A DNA stretch of 64,000 nucleotides from an uncultured bacterium (GTDB lineage Bacteria; Bacteroidota; Ignavibacteria; Kapaibacteriales; UBA2268). The notes beneath the pieces are model-generated. The model saw only the letters and a program-made list of their open reading frames with translations, made no database searches and was not told the origin of the DNA. Both the position numbers and the translations under genes were made by a program. The stretch spans positions 3,587,918 to 3,651,917 of the forward strand of contig OW818654.1 in the NCBI GenBank assembly GCA_942492935.1, read 5' to 3'. Shown in pieces: positions 40,267 to 50,271 of the stretch; the stretch's first letter is position 1; each line of letters starts with the position of its first letter.

Positions 40267-43200
40267 ATGAAAATGAATATAAAATTGCTTATAACGATGC
40301 AAATATTTCTTATTTTTATCTGTTATAAGAGCTTGGCTCACGATTGGACTGGACTTGTAAAACCAACTATTTTAAATAATGGAACTGGATATTCCACAAT
40401 GGATATTGCCTATTCCATTACAATTGATGCTTCAGGTAATTACTATTTTACAGGTTTTTTTGATGGTAAAATTGGCTTCGGAAATGATACTTTGGAAAGT
40501 GCAGGTAGTAGAGATGTTTTTATTGTCAAGATGCATAGTTCAGGAACATATTTATGGGCAAGACGTGCTGGTGGTTTAGGTTCTGACTTAGCGAGAGATA
40601 TTGCAGTTGACAATTCTGGAAATGTTTATATCATTGGATATTATTATGGAACAGCAAAATTTGGCAGTACAACGCTTACAGCAAATAGAAATTCTGATAT
40701 TTTCGTTGCTAAGTTAAATAACTCTGGCACTTTTCAATGGGCTAAATCAGCAGGTGGGATTGGATTTGATAAAGGTAATGCAATATGTGTAGAATCAAAT
40801 GGAACTGTTTATATTGCTGGTTCTTACGAGAATACATCTACATTTGGGACAGTATCACTAAATTCTTCAGGTAGCAAGGATATTTTTATTTCAAAATTAT
40901 CATCGGCTGGCAATTGGATTTGGTCAGTAAAAGCTGGTGGTAGTTCTTCTGAAGAGCCAAATTCTATTAAATATCATTCTACATCAAATAAATTAATAGT
41001 TGGAGGATTTTTTGCATCAAGTTGTACTTTTGGAGCAACTGTTTTGACTTCTGCTGGACAGCGAGATGGCTTTCTAACTAAATTGGATAGTAATGGAACT
41101 TTTAATAATTCTCTTAAAATTGGAAGTACAGGTTTTGATGAAATCAAGAATCTCGTAGTTAATTCAGATGGAAAAGTATTTGTAACAGGTTATTTTGAAA
41201 ATCAAGTTAGCTTTGGCGAATCTACAATTACATCATCTGGTAGCAGAGATTTATTTGTTTCTGGATTAAATTCTGATTTAAATTGGGAATTTGCTATAGG
41301 AGCTGGAGGTACAAGTGAAGATGAAGGCACTGGAATTGCAATTGATAATTCTTCAAATATATACATAACAGGGAATTTCTACCAAACTGCATATTTTGGG
41401 GAAAATTCAATTACAAGTAATGGAGATAAAGATGCTTTTATAGCAAAAATTAATACAGCAAAAGAATTTGAATGGATATTACAAGCAAAATCATCATCGA
41501 GTATTGATTCATATAATATTGTTTCGGATAACTCGGGAAATACTGTCATTGCAGGTTCATTTAATAATTATTTGGAAACAACTGGCGATGTGTTAAATTC
41601 AGTTGGTGAATCAGATATTTTTGTTGCAAAAGCAAATTCAAATGGAGAATGGCAGTTTGCTAAAAGTAAAGGCGGTGTTTTCGGTATAATTAACACTAAA
41701 GCAATTACTGTTGATAAACAAGGAAATAGATATATTTGCGGTGGTTTCTATGGAACTATTTTACTTGGAAGTGATACATTACAAAGTAGTGGCTCTGAAG
41801 ATGTATTTGTTTACAAATTAAGTAAAAATAATCAATTTCTATGGGCAAGAAAAGCTGGTGGGATTGATTTGGATAGAGCTGAGAGTATTGCTTGTGATAC
41901 TAACAACAACATTTTTATAACTGGATATTTTGGAAATGACGCTACGATTGGCGATTCATCATTCAGTTCAAATGGGTTTGACGATATATTTATTGCAAAA
42001 TTAGATAGTAATGGCAATTGGATGAATGCTAATTTTGGCGGCAGTATGCTTACAGACAAAGGGTTATCAGTTGCAATATCTTCTCAAGGAGATATTTACA
42101 TTTCTGGAATCATAAACAATGATGTCATTTTTGGGGATATTACAATTTCAAATTGTATTGAAGATGATATCTTTGTTGCAAAATTAAATAGTGAATTTGA
42201 ATGGATTTGGGTAATCAATGCTGGTGGGTCTGGTTGGGATGCCGCTACTGCAATTACAGTTGATACTAATGAAAATATATTTGTAACAGGATATTTTGAG
42301 GAAACTGCAACTTTTGGAAATAATAGTATTTCTTCATTGGGCTATGACGATATTTTTATTGCAAAATTAAATTCATCTGGCAACTGGATATGGGTAAATT
42401 CCACAGGAAGTGAATATCTTGGTGAGAATGGAAATAGCATTATTTCTGACAATAACAATTCAGTATATTTCACAGGATATTATAAAAATATTTCTGCCTT
42501 TGGAAATACGAATCTTGTAAGTAAAGGATTATCTGATGCTTTTATAGCAAAATTAAACTATGATGGCAATTGGATTTGGGCAAAAAATGTTGGTTCAACA
42601 GCAGATGACGAAGGTAAAAGTATAAGTTTTTTTAATGGAAATATTTATCTGAGTGGAAATTATTCTGCTACATTTAATGTTGGGGATACTACTTTTACAA
42701 ATCAAGGCGGTAAAGATATATTTTTAATTAAATATAATCCTGCTGGCAATTTATTATGGAAAGAAACTGCTGGTTTAACTTATGATGATGATATTGCAGG
42801 GCATTGTATTGACAATGAAAGCAATATTAGTCTGGCAGGTTCTTTTTATCATAGTACAAAATTTAGTAATTTACAATTTACTAATTTCGGTGCCAAAAAT
42901 AGAAATTCTTTCGTTTCAACTTTGGGATTAATTTCACCAGCTAATAGTTGGACATTTAAAAACAATACCGGTAGAAGTGCCGAAATAAAAATTCCCTCAA
43001 ATATAAATCCAAGATTCAATCATAGAAATTTGCAAAGTGGTGATGGCATTGGAGTATTCTATACAAGAAATTCTAATTTGTATTGCGCCGGTTGGGGATT
43101 ATGGAATGGTTTAGACCTTACAGTGGAAGTCTGGGGTGATGATAATATTACTTTAGTAAAAGATGGAATGGCAAATAATGAGCCATATATTATTAAATTG

Positions 43201-43806
43201 TGGGACGCTATTCGAGGTATTGATACTTTGATTTCTGTTAGGTTTGTAGATAATAACAAAAAATATAATGACAATAATCTTTCTATTGTGTCAAGAATGC
43301 CCGATTTTGATGATACATTAAGAATTCCATTGAGAGCTGGTTGGAATATGATTGCATCAAGTATTTATCCCTACAGAGAGCCAAGCATGGTTGATGTATT
43401 TAAAAACATTAAAAATAATATCAAAATTGTGAAAAATATTGCAGGGAAAGTATATATACCCGAAAATAATATTAACACAATCGGAAATTGGAATTTTAAA
43501 GAAGGTTATACAGTATATTCAACAGTTGCAGATACTTTAAAGATAATTGGTATGGCTATAGATATTGATACAGTTCAAATCAACTTAACAAAAGGATGGA
43601 ATATGTTGCCATCTTTATTAACAGAACAAATGCTTATGCCAACAGTAGTTCAATCTCTTGTTCAAAGTGGAAATCTCAAAATTGTTAAGAATATTTTCGG
43701 AAAAGTTTACTTACCAGAGAATGGACTTAATACGATTGGAAATATGCTCCCAAAAGAAGCATATCAAATATATATGAATGAAGCACAAGTATTTTCATTT
43801 CCATAA
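40267..43806 (+). CDS. Secreted SBBP (beta-propeller) repeat protein, 1179 aa, with duplicated ~75-aa C-terminal module
   Basis: Signal peptide. About 14 PF06739-like repeats (D.F.AKL.S.G.W…GG…D.G..I..D..GN.Y.TG.F). The C-terminal ~300 aa contains two copies of …GWNM…KIVKNI.GKVY.PENG.NTIGN…. Confidence 0.65.
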   Translation: MKMNIKLLITMQIFLIFICYKSLAHDWTGLVKPTILNNGTGYSTMDIAYSITIDASGNYYFTGFFDGKIGFGNDTLESAGSRDVFIVKMHSSGTYLWARRAGGLGSDLARDIAVDNSGNVYIIGYYYGTAKFGSTTLTANRNSDIFVAKLNNSGTFQWAKSAGGIGFDKGNAICVESNGTVYIAGSYENTSTFGTVSLNSSGSKDIFISKLSSAGNWIWSVKAGGSSSEEPNSIKYHSTSNKLIVGGFFASSCTFGATVLTSAGQRDGFLTKLDSNGTFNNSLKIGSTGFDEIKNLVVNSDGKVFVTGYFENQVSFGESTITSSGSRDLFVSGLNSDLNWEFAIGAGGTSEDEGTGIAIDNSSNIYITGNFYQTAYFGENSITSNGDKDAFIAKINTAKEFEWILQAKSSSSIDSYNIVSDNSGNTVIAGSFNNYLETTGDVLNSVGESDIFVAKANSNGEWQFAKSKGGVFGIINTKAITVDKQGNRYICGGFYGTILLGSDTLQSSGSEDVFVYKLSKNNQFLWARKAGGIDLDRAESIACDTNNNIFITGYFGNDATIGDSSFSSNGFDDIFIAKLDSNGNWMNANFGGSMLTDKGLSVAISSQGDIYISGIINNDVIFGDITISNCIEDDIFVAKLNSEFEWIWVINAGGSGWDAATAITVDTNENIFVTGYFEETATFGNNSISSLGYDDIFIAKLNSSGNWIWVNSTGSEYLGENGNSIISDNNNSVYFTGYYKNISAFGNTNLVSKGLSDAFIAKLNYDGNWIWAKNVGSTADDEGKSISFFNGNIYLSGNYSATFNVGDTTFTNQGGKDIFLIKYNPAGNLLWKETAGLTYDDDIAGHCIDNESNISLAGSFYHSTKFSNLQFTNFGAKNRNSFVSTLGLISPANSWTFKNNTGRSAEIKIPSNINPRFNHRNLQSGDGIGVFYTRNSNLYCAGWGLWNGLDLTVEVWGDDNITLVKDGMANNEPYIIKLWDAIRGIDTLISVRFVDNNKKYNDNNLSIVSRMPDFDDTLRIPLRAGWNMIASSIYPYREPSMVDVFKNIKNNIKIVKNIAGKVYIPENNINTIGNWNFKEGYTVYSTVADTLKIIGMAIDIDTVQINLTKGWNMLPSLLTEQMLMPTVVQSLVQSGNLKIVKNIFGKVYLPENGLNTIGNMLPKEAYQIYMNEAQVFSFP

Positions 43807-43996
43807 TCAGTAGTAATTTTTGAAATAACTTTGTAACTGTAACAAAATAACAAGTTCGACTAACATTTTCTGTTAATCAAACTTGTTGTTAAGTTTAATT
43901 TGCAATAACCAATTACTCAATCCCAAAACGGATTTTCAAGGTGCAATTTTATTTATTTATTTTACATATTTGATAGCAACCTGATATTAAATGAAA

Positions 43997-44815
43997 TCAA
44001 TTTGGTAAAATTGATTTCATTTGAGAGTACTTTGTTCCAAATAAGTTACTTTCTGATGCAGGTTGTACTTTATTATCTGTGATAAATTTATTAATTGCAT
44101 CTATCCTTTTTTGGTCCATTGGATGGGTAGATAGCAATTCTTCGATTGATGACTGGTTAGCATTCTTAATTTTATCAAAGAAATAAGTTGAGGCACCCGG
44201 ATAGTATTTACTGTTTAATAAATAATTGAAAGAATATTCATCGGCTTCATATTCATCTTCCCTGCTATTCCACAAGAAACCAAGACCAGTAACTAAGTTG
44301 GCTCCAATTTCAGTGAGTGCATCAGAATTTGTTCCTAATACTATATCAAGCATTAATGAAACTCCATATTGTTTTGTTAATCTCTTGGTTGCGTGCCTGC
44401 GTTCAGCGTGAGCAATTTCGTGAGCAATTATTGCAGCTAAAGTAGCTTCATTGTCAATAAATTTCAACAGACCTGTATAAATATATATATATCCTCCTGG
44501 TGTAGCAAAAGCATTGACAGTCTTTGAATTGATGAGTGTCATTTTGTATGGAAATTTATCTTTGTATTCAATATACTTTGACTTAACAATTTCATCTCTA
44601 ATACTATTGACATAGTTTTGCCAATCTGTATTATTGTAAATTGGATATTCTTGAGGATTACCTGCAATTTGTGTGTCAAGGTCTTTCCCAAGCTGGACGT
44701 CATCATCTGTTGTAAAAATATTTATATTGTTAATGTTTACACCATCTTCGCATGAAGAAAATGAAATTGATGCGATAATCAATAAAATAGCAAATAGAAA
44801 TTTAAATTTAGGCAT
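43997..44815 (-). CDS. M48-family zinc metallopeptidase lipoprotein
   Basis: Signal peptide plus Cys (…ISFSSCED). HExxH motif AHEIAHAERRH. Confidence 0.75.
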   Translation of the reverse strand: MPKFKFLFAILLIIASISFSSCEDGVNINNINIFTTDDDVQLGKDLDTQIAGNPQEYPIYNNTDWQNYVNSIRDEIVKSKYIEYKDKFPYKMTLINSKTVNAFATPGGYIYIYTGLLKFIDNEATLAAIIAHEIAHAERRHATKRLTKQYGVSLMLDIVLGTNSDALTEIGANLVTGLGFLWNSREDEYEADEYSFNYLLNSKYYPGASTYFFDKIKNANQSSIEELLSTHPMDQKRIDAINKFITDNKVQPASESNLFGTKYSQMKSILPN

Positions 44816-44826
44816 AAAATGTCCTT

Positions 44827-46203
44827 TTATCTTGATATATAAAATTTGTTTGATTCAAAATAGTCATTATATTTAAATTTGTAAATATATAGTGAAGCTG
44901 GATATGTAGAAAAATCGAATGAAAAATTGTGTTCCCCTTCTGTTAAATTTTTGTCAATCAATGTATCAATTTCATTACCCAAAATATTGTAAATTTTCAA
45001 AGTAACTTCACCTGATTTAGGCAAATAAAATGAAATATCAGCTTTTGAATTTACAGGATTTGGAGTAATTTTAACTGCCAAAGCTTTTACATTTTTTGGC
45101 CTCTCTTTTACAGAAGCTGGTTTGTCTATTGTTTCACGAATTGACTTCTTTAATTTAACATAAGTTGGCATAACTGTTTCTAAATCACTAAAAACTGATA
45201 ATACGCCAACCATATTTCTATCATAATCAATCCATGGACTAAATCCTAAAGCACCTTGCGATGAAGATTCAAATCGTTCATTATTTGAAATAGATTGTTC
45301 TCTCCAATTTCCAATGCCATATTTATATTCTGTTTTGCCATCAGATAAATATGTGTATTTAGTATGTGGCGAGAATGCAATTGGAGCATTATTTGTCTGG
45401 TCTTTGAGCATTTCTTTAACAGAATTTGATGACAATACTTGATTTCCATTAAATTTTCCATTTCCTATTAGCATTGATAAAAAATTGGCGTAATCAGTAG
45501 CATTCGAATAAACACCGCCACCAATTCTCGGGTTTGTAGATTCTGTTAATGGATTAAGATTATATCTTGTATTTGGCATATTACATTCTGACTTGATATA
45601 ATTATCGAATAAACTATTCCAAGCATATCCAGACTGCATTTTAATACCACTCGCAATTTCTGCTATTCTACCAGCAACTTGCATAGATAATCCACCATAA
45701 GCAAAGAATTGCCCTGGGTTAGATGCTAAATCTAATTCAAGTATTTTATTTGCACAATCCTCAAGTGTACTGCTTTTATCTGATAAGCACTCTTCATCTT
45801 CACTTGCTAACATTCCTGAAGTATGTGAGAATAACTGACGAATTGTTATTGAGGATTTTGGCGAAGTCAAATTTGGATAAAACTTACCAAGTGTATCGTC
45901 TAAACTTAATCTACCGTCATCAACGAGTTTCATAATTACACCAGCAGATAGCCATTTAGAGGCAGATGCAATTGGAACTACTTTTTTTGAAGAATATGAT
46001 GATTCACCTTTTACATTAAAGCTTTTGTCATAAATAGTTTGACCATCTTTTATTAAAACTAATGAAGCACCTTTGCCAAAACCGGCAATAACTTCAATTG
46101 AATCTTCCAAAATTCTTTCAACTTCACTGAAATCATATTGTGCATACATTGCTAAATTTGTCATAACGATTAATATAAGTACAATTTTTTTCATTTTTAT
46201 CAC
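44827..46203 (-). CDS. Serine hydrolase of beta-lactamase/transpeptidase fold with T9SS C-terminal sorting domain
   Basis: Signal peptide. SxxK motif ASASKW. The C-terminal ~80 aa is T9SS CTD-like (…TLKIYNILGNEI…YIYKFKYN…). Confidence 0.7.
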   Translation of the reverse strand: MIKMKKIVLILIVMTNLAMYAQYDFSEVERILEDSIEVIAGFGKGASLVLIKDGQTIYDKSFNVKGESSYSSKKVVPIASASKWLSAGVIMKLVDDGRLSLDDTLGKFYPNLTSPKSSITIRQLFSHTSGMLASEDEECLSDKSSTLEDCANKILELDLASNPGQFFAYGGLSMQVAGRIAEIASGIKMQSGYAWNSLFDNYIKSECNMPNTRYNLNPLTESTNPRIGGGVYSNATDYANFLSMLIGNGKFNGNQVLSSNSVKEMLKDQTNNAPIAFSPHTKYTYLSDGKTEYKYGIGNWREQSISNNERFESSSQGALGFSPWIDYDRNMVGVLSVFSDLETVMPTYVKLKKSIRETIDKPASVKERPKNVKALAVKITPNPVNSKADISFYLPKSGEVTLKIYNILGNEIDTLIDKNLTEGEHNFSFDFSTYPASLYIYKFKYNDYFESNKFYISR

Positions 46204-46398
46204 TCAAAAAAATAATTAAACAATTATTTTGACAATTTCAATCATAAAAAGTTTAATTTGAATCTAATATACGAATAAATATCAAAAATATTTAGTTATA
46301 TCACTATTATCAACATCCATCAGATGTTAGACAAAATAATGATTTCAAAATAATAACGTCTCTTTGATGTTGTTTGACGAATTTTATTGAATAAATAA

Positions 46399-47271
46399 AT
46401 GAAAGTAAGTGGATTTACAATAATTAGAAATGCTGTGAAATATGATTATCCAGTTGTTGAAGCAATTAAATCAGTTTTGCCATTAACTGATGAATTTATT
46501 GTTCTTGTAGGTAATAGCGATGATGATACTGAATTACTAATTAAATCAATAGATTCCGATAAAATAAAAATACATCATTCCATTTGGGATGATAATCTTC
46601 GTCAAGGCGGCAAAGTACTTGCTGCTGAAACAGATAAAGCGTATAAATTAATCTCAGATGACACGGATTGGTGCTTTTATATTCAAGCAGATGAAGTATT
46701 GCATGAAAAATATTTAAATACAGTCAAAAATGAGATGTTTCGTTGGAAAGATGAAAGTAATGTTGATGGTTTACTTTTTAATTATAGACATTTTTATGGG
46801 TCTTACGATTATATTGGTGATTCATATCGCTGGTACAGAAAAGAAATCAGAGTTATTAGAAAAAGAGAGGATATTTATTCATACTTAGATGCACAAGGTT
46901 TTCGCAAAGGGAATAATCAAAAATTAAATGTCAAACTAATTGATGCCTACATTGAGCATTACGGCTGGGTTAGAGAACCATCGAAACAACAGCAAAAGAT
47001 AGAAAATTTTGAAAAACTTTGGAATCCTGATAATTGGATTGAACAGAATATAAAAAAAGCTGATGAATTTGATTATTCTGAAATTGACTCATTGAAAAAA
47101 TATAATGATACTCATCCTTCTGTAATGCTTGATAGAATTAAAAGAAAAAATTGGCAATTTGATTTTGATTTATCTAAAAAGAAATCATCTACCAAAGATA
47201 AAATACGCAAAGTTTACGAAAAGCTAACAGGTAAAGTATTAGGAGAATATAGAAATTATATAATCATTTAA
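46399..47271 (+). CDS. Putative glycosyltransferase family 2-like protein
   Basis: Recollection of a conserved Bacteroidota family annotated GT2 (MK.SGFT.IRNA.KYDYP..E…). No DxD motif was verified. Confidence 0.4.
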   Translation: MKVSGFTIIRNAVKYDYPVVEAIKSVLPLTDEFIVLVGNSDDDTELLIKSIDSDKIKIHHSIWDDNLRQGGKVLAAETDKAYKLISDDTDWCFYIQADEVLHEKYLNTVKNEMFRWKDESNVDGLLFNYRHFYGSYDYIGDSYRWYRKEIRVIRKREDIYSYLDAQGFRKGNNQKLNVKLIDAYIEHYGWVREPSKQQQKIENFEKLWNPDNWIEQNIKKADEFDYSEIDSLKKYNDTHPSVMLDRIKRKNWQFDFDLSKKKSSTKDKIRKVYEKLTGKVLGEYRNYIII

Positions 47272-47319
47272 CTTCTAATTAAAAAATTTTAATGGTTATT
47301 ATTCGTTTATATTACTTAT

Positions 47320-48064
47320 GTGAAATTTATTAGATTCAACTTTAAAATGAATATGATTAATGAAATTTATAGAGCTAATACGAGGGGCTTTGCAAAATAT
47401 GACTGGCTCGAATCCTTTCATTCATTTAGTTTCTCTTCATATTATAACCCTCAGAGAATGGGCTTCGGATTGTTAAGGGTTTTAAATGATGATTGTGTCC
47501 AACCAAAAACAGGTTTTAGTACACATCCTCATAAAAATATGGAAATTATTTCCATTCCTTTGTCTGGTACTTTGACGCATCAGGATAGTACGGACGGTTT
47601 TATGGATATTTGCGAAAACAATGTTCAAATTATGTCTGCTGGATATGGAATTGAACATTCCGAAATGAATAACTCAAGCACAGAAGAAGCTAAGTTTTTT
47701 GCAGATATGGATTTATCCTAAGCTTAAAAACATCGCTCCAAGATATGAAATGAAGTATTATAATCGTGAATTATATAAAAATAATTTTTTTCCAGTAGTT
47801 GCTCCTGATAGAGCAGATACTTCCCTTTGGATAAATCAAGATGCTGTGATTTCATTATTAGATTTAGATAAAGATAATTCTGCTGAATACAAAGTAAATT
47901 TTTTTGGTAATGGTTTATTTTTATTCGTAATTGAAGGCAAAGTTGAATATAAAGAGAATATTTTAGACAGACGTGATTCTATTTCGGTTGCAACAGTTGA
48001 ATATTTTGAGATTAAAGCACAAGAAAATTCTAAATTATTGCTGATAGAAGTTCCATTAATTTAA
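47320..48064 (+). pseudogene. Pirin-family (bicupin) gene interrupted by a +1 frameshift in a T6 homopolymer (~47695-47700)
   Basis: ORF 47320-47721 carries the pirin N-cupin (HPHKNMEIISIPLSG…SAGYGIEHSEMN). ORF 47699-48064 in the next frame carries the motif QIWIYPK and the C-terminal cupin. Deleting one T restores …EEAKFLQIWIYPK…. Confidence 0.6.
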
Positions 48065-48096
48065 TAATAATAACAAATAATATATAAAGTATAAAT

Positions 48097-50271
48097 ATGA
48101 ATTCTTACTCTCTCGGTATAAGTGGTAATTGGTTTCTGGTAGTTTTGCTTGTTTTGATTGCAGTTGGGATTTCATTCTGGACGTATCGCAGAACTGTTCC
48201 TGAAATTCCATTAAATAAAAAGATATTATTAATTTCATTTAGAATTATTGCAATATTTTTACTGTTATTTGCTCTTTTTGAGCCGGTTCTTACTATGATT
48301 ACAGGTAAGAGTTTGCCACCGGGAATAGTTTTTCTATTTGATAATTCAGTATCATCTTCACTAAAAGATGCAAAAACTGATAGAAAGCAAGATTATCAAA
48401 GTATTATAAATAATATTGATTTTGAAAAAAATAAAGAAAATTCAAAATACAATTTATTTGATGAAACTGTAGTTCAATTGAATGATTTTTCTTTCGATTC
48501 ATTGAATTTTAAAGGACAATTAACAGATATTTCAAAAGCAATTAATTTTGCATCGGTTGATGCTGAAAAATCAAATCTTAAAGCAGTAGTTTTGTTAACT
48601 GATGGTGCTTTTAATACTGGTAGCAATCCTTTATATTCTGCTGAACTACTTGGCAAACCAATTTATGTGGTTGGATTAGGGGACTCTTCATTTCCAAAAG
48701 ATTTATCTGTTCAAAGTATAATTACTAATGAAATTGCTTATATAAATAATCCTGTTCCTGTAAATGTAAATGTTAGAATTTCAGGTTATGAATCTGGCGA
48801 AGCAAAACTAACAATTTCAGATAATAATAAGAAAATTTCTGAACAGAATATTTTTATAAATCCTGATATCAATGATTATTCTGCTGTCATAGATTATTTG
48901 CCAACAGAAGAGGGAATTCGAAAAATTACCGCCACAATTTCAAAAGCAGATGAGGAAATTACAGAAAAAAATAATTCAGCTTCAGAATTTATTAAAGTAT
49001 TAAAAAACAAAAGAAAAATTGCTTTGTTTGCAGGAAGTCCAAGTGCGGATGTTGGTTTTGTGAAACAAGTATTAGCTAAAGAAGAAGGTATTGAAATTGC
49101 AGAATACATTCAGCAAGTTGGTGCTAAATTCTATAATGAACCAAATGCAAGTTTGTTAAATGATGCTGAATTTTTTGTACTTATAGGATTTCCTATTAAT
49201 ACTACTCCACAAAATGTACTAAATTTAATTGCAAAAGAGCTTGAAAGGGGAAAATCTATTCTTTTTATTGCAGGGCAACAAACTGATTATGCTAAATTAA
49301 AATCTTTAGAACAATATTTGCCATTTAATACAGCTTCTTCTTCACCACAGGAATTTTTAGCTACATTAGATGTTAGCCCTCAATCATTATCAAGTTCTTT
49401 GTTAAGAGTTACAGGTACTGATGCGGATATTGATTATTGGAATAATTTGCCTCCTTTGTTTAGAACAGAAACATTTGTGAGAACAAAACCAGAAAGTGAT
49501 TTCGTTGCTGGTTTCAAAGTGAATAATGTAGTTCTGAAAGAACCAATGATATTGACACGCGATTTTCAAAATAAAAAATCTGTAGCTTTCCTTGGATATG
49601 GCTTATATCGCTGGAAATTACTTGGTTATGCTCAGGATATGTCCAAAGGTAGAACAGAAACTCCTGATTTATTCAGTATATTAGTTGCAAATTCATTCAA
49701 ATGGCTTTCCATAAATGAAAAGCTAAAGAATGTAATTATCAAAACAAATAAGAAAATTTATGCAAGTTATGAAAAAGTGGAATTCATAGCATCTGTTTAT
49801 GATGCGGCATATACACCTTTAGATAATTGTGATTTAATTGTAAATTTAAAATCTGGTAACGAAAGCCGTGATATTCCATTGGTGAATATTGGAAATGGTA
49901 GATATACAGGTATAATTGAAGGATTAGAATCTGGGGATTATAATTTTAGTGGAACTGCAAAATACAAAGACAGAGTTATCGGAACTGATAATGGAAGATT
50001 CAATATTGGTGATTTGTCCGCTGAATATCAAAATCTGCAAATGAATATTGGGTTGCTGAAAGAACTTGCTATTAGAACAGGCGGTAAATTTTATACAAAA
50101 GACAATGTTTCTCAATTAATAAATGATATTAATTCTCATAAAAAATTCAAAACAAAAGATGTTACTGTTAAAAGTGAATTTGGAATATGGAATATTTGGT
50201 GGGTTTTGGCTATAGCATTACTTTTGTTTTCATTAGAATGGGTAATTAGAAAAAGAGCGGGGATGATTTAA
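48097..50271 (+). CDS. VWA-domain membrane protein with BatA-like N-terminal double-TM anchor and C-terminal TM helix
   Basis: N-terminal two TM helices. MIDAS-like FLFDNSVSSS. LLTDGAFNTG motif. C-terminal IWNIWWVLAIALLLF. Its stop overlaps the next gene start (TAATG). Confidence 0.55.
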   Translation: MNSYSLGISGNWFLVVLLVLIAVGISFWTYRRTVPEIPLNKKILLISFRIIAIFLLLFALFEPVLTMITGKSLPPGIVFLFDNSVSSSLKDAKTDRKQDYQSIINNIDFEKNKENSKYNLFDETVVQLNDFSFDSLNFKGQLTDISKAINFASVDAEKSNLKAVVLLTDGAFNTGSNPLYSAELLGKPIYVVGLGDSSFPKDLSVQSIITNEIAYINNPVPVNVNVRISGYESGEAKLTISDNNKKISEQNIFINPDINDYSAVIDYLPTEEGIRKITATISKADEEITEKNNSASEFIKVLKNKRKIALFAGSPSADVGFVKQVLAKEEGIEIAEYIQQVGAKFYNEPNASLLNDAEFFVLIGFPINTTPQNVLNLIAKELERGKSILFIAGQQTDYAKLKSLEQYLPFNTASSSPQEFLATLDVSPQSLSSSLLRVTGTDADIDYWNNLPPLFRTETFVRTKPESDFVAGFKVNNVVLKEPMILTRDFQNKKSVAFLGYGLYRWKLLGYAQDMSKGRTETPDLFSILVANSFKWLSINEKLKNVIIKTNKKIYASYEKVEFIASVYDAAYTPLDNCDLIVNLKSGNESRDIPLVNIGNGRYTGIIEGLESGDYNFSGTAKYKDRVIGTDNGRFNIGDLSAEYQNLQMNIGLLKELAIRTGGKFYTKDNVSQLINDINSHKKFKTKDVTVKSEFGIWNIWWVLAIALLLFSLEWVIRKRAGMI

